Below, in pieces: positions 59,693 through 64,000 of a DNA stretch of 64,000 nucleotides. A program made the translations under genes and the position numbers. How positions within the stretch are numbered: position 1 is the first letter of the stretch; each line of letters opens with the position of its first letter. The stretch is taken from positions 1 through 64,000 of IMG/VR virus record IMGVR_UViG_3300021962_000021; one strand, written 5' to 3'. The notes under the pieces are model-generated. The model was not told where the DNA came from and did not search any database. It saw only the letters and a program-made list of their open reading frames with translations.

Positions 59693-60562
59693 AAGATTGA
59701 AAATATTTTACATAGTAGGCTCGTCCTACATAGTAAACAACCGCCGCCTATGGTGGTTAAATAAACTACGAAAGTAGGATAAAGTGAGAATGCTTGGTTT
59801 AGTATTCTTGCGGCATCAGCAATGGTGCTTGAGTAGGCAAGTGGGATATCATCTGAGCCTTGTACGAAAGGGTAACACTATATCGGAAGGGTTTGGGTGA
59901 CTGGGGATATGTAGAATCTCTAGTTGAGTTCGGAAGAACAATAAGAATAACCCATAGAATATCAGTAAGAAGTATGTGGCTAATCACTATATATCATTGC
60001 GGTATTCAATTTCAAAGTGGTCTTAAAACCAAGCTATCCGAAAGGACGTAAGGTATGTTAATGTACAAGTGGTGTTGTTATTAACCTTTAATGTGGGACA
60101 CCAATCCCTATTAATGAAGATGACTTAAAAAATGGTGTTGACGATAACACATTGGGTAGTTTAGTATTCTCTCGTTCAAAAGATGGGGGAGCTGGTTGGC
60201 AAGCCACTACCTGAACAATCTACAAACCAAACTCAAATTTGCTTTAGGTGCAAACTATAAATCAATTTTAAGCTTAAGTGCTTGCCAGTTACGGACGAAA
60301 GGTGTCTACATAGTAATGGGTTGTCCATTGCCACGATACCACCGCAAGTGGTCTGTGATTCTTACGAAAAGTTTCTAGTTCCGCAAGAATGAATTTGCTC
60401 GGCAGGGTAGAAGAAATAGAGTAATGAGAGAGTAGTCAGTAACTCAATGAGTGGTTAGCATTACTAACCGACACTGAACGGATACATCTCAAAAGGGTGT
60501 GGATAAGAAAGGAAAAAAATAATCTTTCTAAAGGACGTTCTTCCCAAATGTGTAATCTCAGC
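59693..60562 (+). ncRNA. large structured ncRNA, GOLLD-like
   Basis: ~870 nt without credible ORF, many GNRA-capped hairpins, own promoter, ends directly before a tRNA; boundaries approximate. Confidence 0.65.
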
Positions 60563-60571
60563 ATTTTATAA

Positions 60572-60665
60572 GCGGAGTTAGTGTAATGGTCCACGCGGGT
60601 TCGCCCACGGGTTAGCACACCCCTCTTCCAGGGGGGAAGATGTAGTTCGATTCTATGGCCCCGCT
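60572..60665 (+). tRNA. tRNA-Gly (TCC) with ~20 nt D-loop insertion
   Basis: CCCCT-CTTCCAG-GGGGG anticodon arm, U73, extra UUCG hairpin in D loop. Confidence 0.8.
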
Positions 60666-60996
60666 CAATTACGATTTTCGTAGTCTTTTTCCAATGTTGT
60701 TCTGGCAGGTGAGTGGACAAGTAGGTTAGGACTTTAAATATCAAACCTAAAAGTTGTAAGACTGTCAGTTTTTGTGGGGGAAGTTTTTTACTATAAACAA
60801 ACGTAATCTAACACGATATGATTACCGAATAAAAGTAGTAGGCCGCTACATTGAGAGTATTCGTTCCCCTTATTACTCTCTTTATTAAAGGCTAAATGGT
60901 AATTTGATGAGGCTAGTATTAACCGGAGCATGACTTGACGTGGCGTATTTTGAAATCGAATTACTTTTATTTAAAAAAATATTATATATATTAGAG

Positions 60997-61155
60997 ATGA
61001 AAACTTTAACATTACATACAAATTGTTCTAACCAATCATTGAGAAATGAGTGGCAGGGGATTAGTATGTTTAATGCTATATCAAATCCGGCAACGCTTAA
61101 TTTAGGCAAGGTGGATTATATTAGCAAGATGTTAGAGGACACTGATGTAGGATAA
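60997..61155 (+). CDS. short ORF, candidate leader peptide
   Basis: 52 aa MKTLTLHTNCSNQ...; stop 27 nt before a terminator that precedes the tRNA array. Confidence 0.45.
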   Translation: MKTLTLHTNCSNQSLRNEWQGISMFNAISNPATLNLGKVDYISKMLEDTDVG

Positions 61156-61182
61156 AATGTAAAAATTTTAGAACAATATTTG

Positions 61183-61214
61183 AAACCTCTAACTCACAAA
61201 GTTAGGGGTTTTTT
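61183..61214 (+). terminator. intrinsic terminator / attenuator
   Basis: AAACCTCTAAC / GTTAGGGGTTT stem plus T run. Confidence 0.8.
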
Positions 61215-61219
61215 GTTTT

Positions 61220-61294
61220 GGGGATATAGCTCAGCGGTAGAGCGGGTCACTGTTAATGACTAGGTCATAGGTTCGAATCCTTTTATCCCCGCCA
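61220..61294 (+). tRNA. tRNA-Asn (GTT)
   Basis: cloverleaf, CCA encoded. Confidence 0.95.
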
Positions 61295-61298
61295 AATA

Positions 61299-61373
61299 GG
61301 GAAATTAGCTCAGTTGGTTTAGAGCATCTCGTTTACACCGAGAGGGTCATTGGTTCGAATCCAGTATTTCCCA
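61299..61373 (+). tRNA. tRNA-Val (TAC)
   Basis: cloverleaf, TCTCG-TTTACAC-CGAGA. Confidence 0.95.
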
Positions 61374-61378
61374 CAAAC

Positions 61379-61460
61379 TGGGGTATCGCATAGTGGCAAT
61401 TGCGGCTGACTGTAAATCAGCTCTCATTTGAGTTCGGCGGTTCGAGTCCGTCTACCCCAA
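61379..61460 (+). tRNA. tRNA-Tyr (GTA)
   Basis: cloverleaf with long variable arm. Confidence 0.95.
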
Positions 61461-61469
61461 CAAACAATA

Positions 61470-61542
61470 GGTGATGTAGCTCAGTTGGTAGAGCACCGCA
61501 CTGAAGATGCGGGTGTCAGCAGTTCAAGTCTGTTTATCACCA
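61470..61542 (+). tRNA. tRNA-Phe (GAA)
   Basis: cloverleaf, CCGCA-CTGAAGA-TGCGG. Confidence 0.95.
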
Positions 61543-61548
61543 CAAAAT

Positions 61549-61622
61549 GACTTCTTAGCTCAATTGGTTAGAGCACTACACTTTTAATGTAGGGGTTTTG
61601 AGTTCGAGTCTCAAAGGGGTCA
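61549..61622 (+). tRNA. tRNA-Lys (TTT)
   Basis: cloverleaf, CTACA-CTTTTAA-TGTAG. Confidence 0.95.
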
Positions 61623-61632
61623 CTTTGAATAA

Positions 61633-61708
61633 CGGAATATAGAGGAGTCCGGTCTATCTCGCTTCGTTTGGGACGAAGAGCACGCAGGTTCGAATCCTGC
61701 TATTCCGA
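61633..61708 (+). tRNA. tRNA-Pro (TGG)
   Basis: cloverleaf, CTTCG-TTTGGGA-CGAAG. Confidence 0.95.
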
Positions 61709-61756
61709 CAGATATGGTTCGCACTAGACAATGCGTGAAAATAGGAAGTGCAAAAT

Positions 61757-61830
61757 TGGAATATAGCTCAATTGGTTAGAGCATTCGCCTGATACGCGAA
61801 AGGTTGTAGGTTCGAGTCCCACTATTCCAA
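61757..61830 (+). tRNA. tRNA-Ile (GAT)
   Basis: cloverleaf, TTCGC-CTGATAC-GCGAA. Confidence 0.95.
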
Positions 61831-61835
61831 CATAC

Positions 61836-61906
61836 ATCCGCATGGTGAAATGGTATCATAACGGTCTCCAAAACCGCTGTTCCGAGTTCGAATCTTGGTG
61901 TGGGTG
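61836..61906 (+). tRNA. tRNA-Trp (CCA)
   Basis: cloverleaf, G73. Confidence 0.9.
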
Positions 61907-61911
61907 CAATT

Positions 61912-61984
61912 GGCTCTTTGGTGTAATGGATTAGCACATAACACTACGGATGTTAGAGTAAGGGTTCGAATCCTTTAGGAGCTA
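61912..61984 (+). tRNA. tRNA-Arg (ACG)
   Basis: cloverleaf, TAACA-CTACGGA-TGTTA. Confidence 0.93.
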
Positions 61985-61999
61985 CTAAAACAAAATGAT

Positions 62000-62335
62000 A
62001 TGAAAACATTTAAAGATTTGGAATTTAATGCACATCCAACTCATATGTTGGGTGGAGTTCAAGCTCGTATGGATTTTGATAATGGGTATGGAGTGAGTGT
62101 AGTGAAAAGTCCATATACATATGGTGGTGATAAAGGATTATACGAATTAGCAGTATTCAAAGATGGTCATATTCATTATGATAATCCAATTGCTAAAGGT
62201 GATGTTGTTGGTTATTTAAGACCAGAAGATGTAACCGATGCAATGTTAATAATTCAGAAATTTGAAAAAGAAAATGAAATAAAAAATGATCCTGATTTTA
62301 TGTATAATTGGATTAGGAATAAAAGTGGAAAATAA
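62000..62335 (+). CDS. conserved phage hypothetical protein
   Basis: FDNGYGVSVV..YGG..GLYELAV. Confidence 0.7.
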   Translation: MKTFKDLEFNAHPTHMLGGVQARMDFDNGYGVSVVKSPYTYGGDKGLYELAVFKDGHIHYDNPIAKGDVVGYLRPEDVTDAMLIIQKFEKENEIKNDPDFMYNWIRNKSGK

Positions 62336-62338
62336 GAT

Positions 62339-62602
62339 ATGGCACATTTAATACCAAATAATTCCACTCCATCGGTAACACAAATTAAACCCAAACCAAT
62401 ATTCGTAATGAGGTTTAGTAATTCAATGAGTGATGAAGATGCGAGACAAACTTGTGAAACGATATACAAATCCGATATGAATAATGAGTATCATATAATT
62501 GTAATTCGTAATGACAAAGATAGAGATGAGTTTGAATTATATAACGCAGATAAGATTGAAAGACAAGAGTGGAATGAAATAGTTAAAAAATTAAAGTTAT
62601 GA
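62339..62602 (+). CDS. hypothetical protein
   Basis: 87 aa ORF. Confidence 0.6.
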   Translation: MAHLIPNNSTPSVTQIKPKPIFVMRFSNSMSDEDARQTCETIYKSDMNNEYHIIVIRNDKDRDEFELYNADKIERQEWNEIVKKLKL

Positions 62603-63123
62603 GACGTAAGATAATATTCATAGATGTAGATGGCCCGTTGGCGTGGGGAACGTGGGGTGATGGTAGAGTTGAAATGAGTTTAGGTTCATCATCAACATTT
62701 AAAATACCATACGCTTGGGTTGAAGAAGATTGTCAGGCTCTTAAAAAGATTTTGGATGAGAGTAATGCAAAGATGGTATTAAGTTCAGATTGGAGAAAAC
62801 ATTTTAGTTTCTTACAAATGAAAAGAATATTTGAATACTACGGAATTGCAGGACACAATTTGATTGATATAACTACACATCAGGACCTATGGATGAAGTT
62901 GAGTAGACCTGCAATTGAGTGGGAGAGAGCAGCTGAAATCAAAAAGTGGGTAAAGGATAATAAAATTAGTAATTGGATTTCAATTGATGATATGCAGTTG
63001 AATAAACAATTCAAATGGATGAAAGTTCCACAATGGAGACATGTTCAGGTTGATGGTGATTTTGGAGTAGGTGGTAGATTAAGAGATAAGATTGATGAAT
63101 GTATCATCAAACTAAATAGATAA
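62599..63123 (+). CDS. HAD-domain protein (Swiss Army Knife RNA-repair-like HAD)
   Basis: FIDVDGPL, VLSSDWR, RAAEI..W, WISIDD. Confidence 0.75.
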   Translation: MRRKIIFIDVDGPLAWGTWGDGRVEMSLGSSSTFKIPYAWVEEDCQALKKILDESNAKMVLSSDWRKHFSFLQMKRIFEYYGIAGHNLIDITTHQDLWMKLSRPAIEWERAAEIKKWVKDNKISNWISIDDMQLNKQFKWMKVPQWRHVQVDGDFGVGGRLRDKIDECIIKLNR

Positions 63124-63132
63124 AATAGTTGA

Positions 63133-63205
63133 GGCGGATTGGCCGAGGGAAGTGAGGTGAAGCTCTGCAAAAGCTTTTAGGTAGGTTTGAATCCTACATC
63201 CGCCT
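63133..63205 (+). tRNA. tRNA-Cys (GCA)
   Basis: cloverleaf, U73, AAGCT-CTGCAAA-AGCTT. Confidence 0.9.
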
Positions 63206-63214
63206 CAACTATAT

Positions 63215-63283
63215 TGTGGGAAGGTTAGGTAACCCGTTTGGTCTCATAAGCCAGATATTCAGGTTCGATTCCTGGTCCCGCAA
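63215..63283 (+). tRNA. tRNA-Met/Ile2 (CAT) with shortened D arm
   Basis: intact acceptor, anticodon and T arms; 69 nt. Confidence 0.75.
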
Positions 63284-63289
63284 CAACAT

Positions 63290-63364
63290 GGTGGCCGTAG
63301 CCTAATGGTAGGGCGAAAGTTTGTGGCACTTTATGTAAGAGTTCGATTCTCTTCGGTCACACCA
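63290..63364 (+). tRNA. tRNA-His (GTG)
   Basis: G-1, cloverleaf, A73, CCA encoded. Confidence 0.93.
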
Positions 63365-63423
63365 CCCCGGGTTTTGGAGCTGGTATCTCTTTTTCCCGAT
63401 ATAAATGAAAAAACTACCAAAAA

Positions 63424-63507
63424 GGAAAGATGGGTGAGTGGTTTAAACCAGCAGTTTACTAAACTGCCGATTCAAAAGGTCCGTGAGTTCGAATCTCACT
63501 CTTTCCG
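63424..63507 (+). tRNA. tRNA-Ser (ACT)
   Basis: long variable arm, G73, GCAGT-TTACTAA-ACTGC. Confidence 0.88.
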
Positions 63508-63508
63508 C

Positions 63509-63649
63509 ATGAAAAATGATAAATTTGAAACTAACAAAAGAGTAAATCGTATTGTTAGAATAAGAAAAATTATTAGAGAAAATGGAGCTTGTTTAATATG
63601 TGTGAGAAGATGGAATGGTGGAGTGAAAAAATATAGAACAAACTGTTAA
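63509..63649 (+). CDS. small basic hypothetical protein
   Basis: 46 aa ORF MKNDKFETNKR... filling the Ser-Leu spacer. Confidence 0.35.
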   Translation: MKNDKFETNKRVNRIVRIRKIIRENGACLICVRRWNGGVKKYRTNC

Positions 63650-63652
63650 AAT

Positions 63653-63726
63653 GCCCGTATGGCGTAATTGGCAACCGCACTGGTCTTAGAAACCAGTTTG
63701 TGAAAGTTCGAGTCTTTCTACGGGTA
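63653..63726 (+). tRNA. tRNA-Leu (TAG) with short variable loop
   Basis: CTGGT-CTTAGAA-ACCAG, A73, 5 nt variable loop. Confidence 0.88.
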
Positions 63727-63755
63727 CAAAAAATAAATTATCAATATGTAATATT

Positions 63756-64000
63756 ATGGAATACAAACGGCTATATGATGGAGTAAAAATTGACATGATT
63801 GAATATGTCAGAGAGTATTTAAGTGGAAAAGAAAATGTAGAAATACTAATTGGTTGTGATTCACAAAACTTTTCCGATAAAACTATTTACGCAATCGTTG
63901 TAGCTTTGTATCATAAAGGTAAAGGAGCACATGTTCTTTATAGTAAATGGAAAACCCAAAGAGAACCAACACGTTCAGTAAGATTGTTGAGTGAAGTATG
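63756..64000 (+). CDS. YkuK-like (RNase H-fold) protein, truncated by window end
   Basis: hand-read MEYKRLYDG..EILIGCDSQ..YAIVVALY..GKGAHVLY..RLLSEV. Confidence 0.75.
   Translation, partial: MEYKRLYDGVKIDMIEYVREYLSGKENVEILIGCDSQNFSDKTIYAIVVALYHKGKGAHVLYSKWKTQREPTRSVRLLSEV

Noticed and set aside
59799-60744. Short ORFs at 59799, 59860, 60196 and 60436
   Set aside because: Lie inside the structured ncRNA and tRNA-Gly and have no protein-like features
60899-60964. Hammerhead ribozyme (TGATGA...GAAA)
   Set aside because: Core starts with T rather than C, no stem II closes between the core strands, and the flanking pairing topology is wrong
63305-63508. 5' part of the 114 aa ORF at 63305
   Set aside because: Overlaps tRNA-His and tRNA-Ser; only the part from ATG 63509 is plausible

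Overview
AT-rich 64 kb segment of a large (jumbo/huge) dsDNA bacteriophage. All supported genes are on the + strand and read in the standard code 11. The host is very likely Bacteroidota: TTTG-N20-TAnnTTTG promoters, Gln right after the signal-peptide cleavage site, DUF4494 and Hc1-like genes, and tRNAs mostly lacking encoded CCA. Layout: (1) 1-19.4 kb, T4-like replication and nucleotide block (5'-3' exonuclease, GroES, DnaB-like helicase, class II RNR, PhoH, thioredoxin, family B polymerase, sliding clamp, clamp loader, dUTPase, Fe-S PD-(D/E)XK nuclease). It is interrupted by three Mom/DUF4338-type (GNAT-fold) genes, a GIY-YIG/ParB fusion and dispersed SGNH-like genes. (2) 19.4-34.3 kb, glycosylation and sugar-modification island. 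(3) 34.3-45.5 kb, probable virion-internal proteins, heptose kinase, APS kinase, IscU/IscA/ferredoxin and a GH19 endolysin. (4) 45.5-57.3 kb, exported envelope module (cohesin/dockerin/C-type lectin proteins, lipoproteins, CsgG-like protein, beta-barrel-like protein, PlcP/LpxH-like phosphoesterase plus GT2, exported nuclease). (5) 58.6-64 kb, RNA region with tmRNA, 16 tRNAs (several structurally unusual), a ~870 nt structured GOLLD-like ncRNA, rrn-like promoter/boxA units and a possible uORF attenuator. Best candidates for undescribed systems are the Mom/DUF4338 triad beside the polymerase, the exported cohesin-dockerin-lectin/CsgG module, and the large ncRNA/tRNA region. All family assignments come from motif recognition by eye; no database searches were run.
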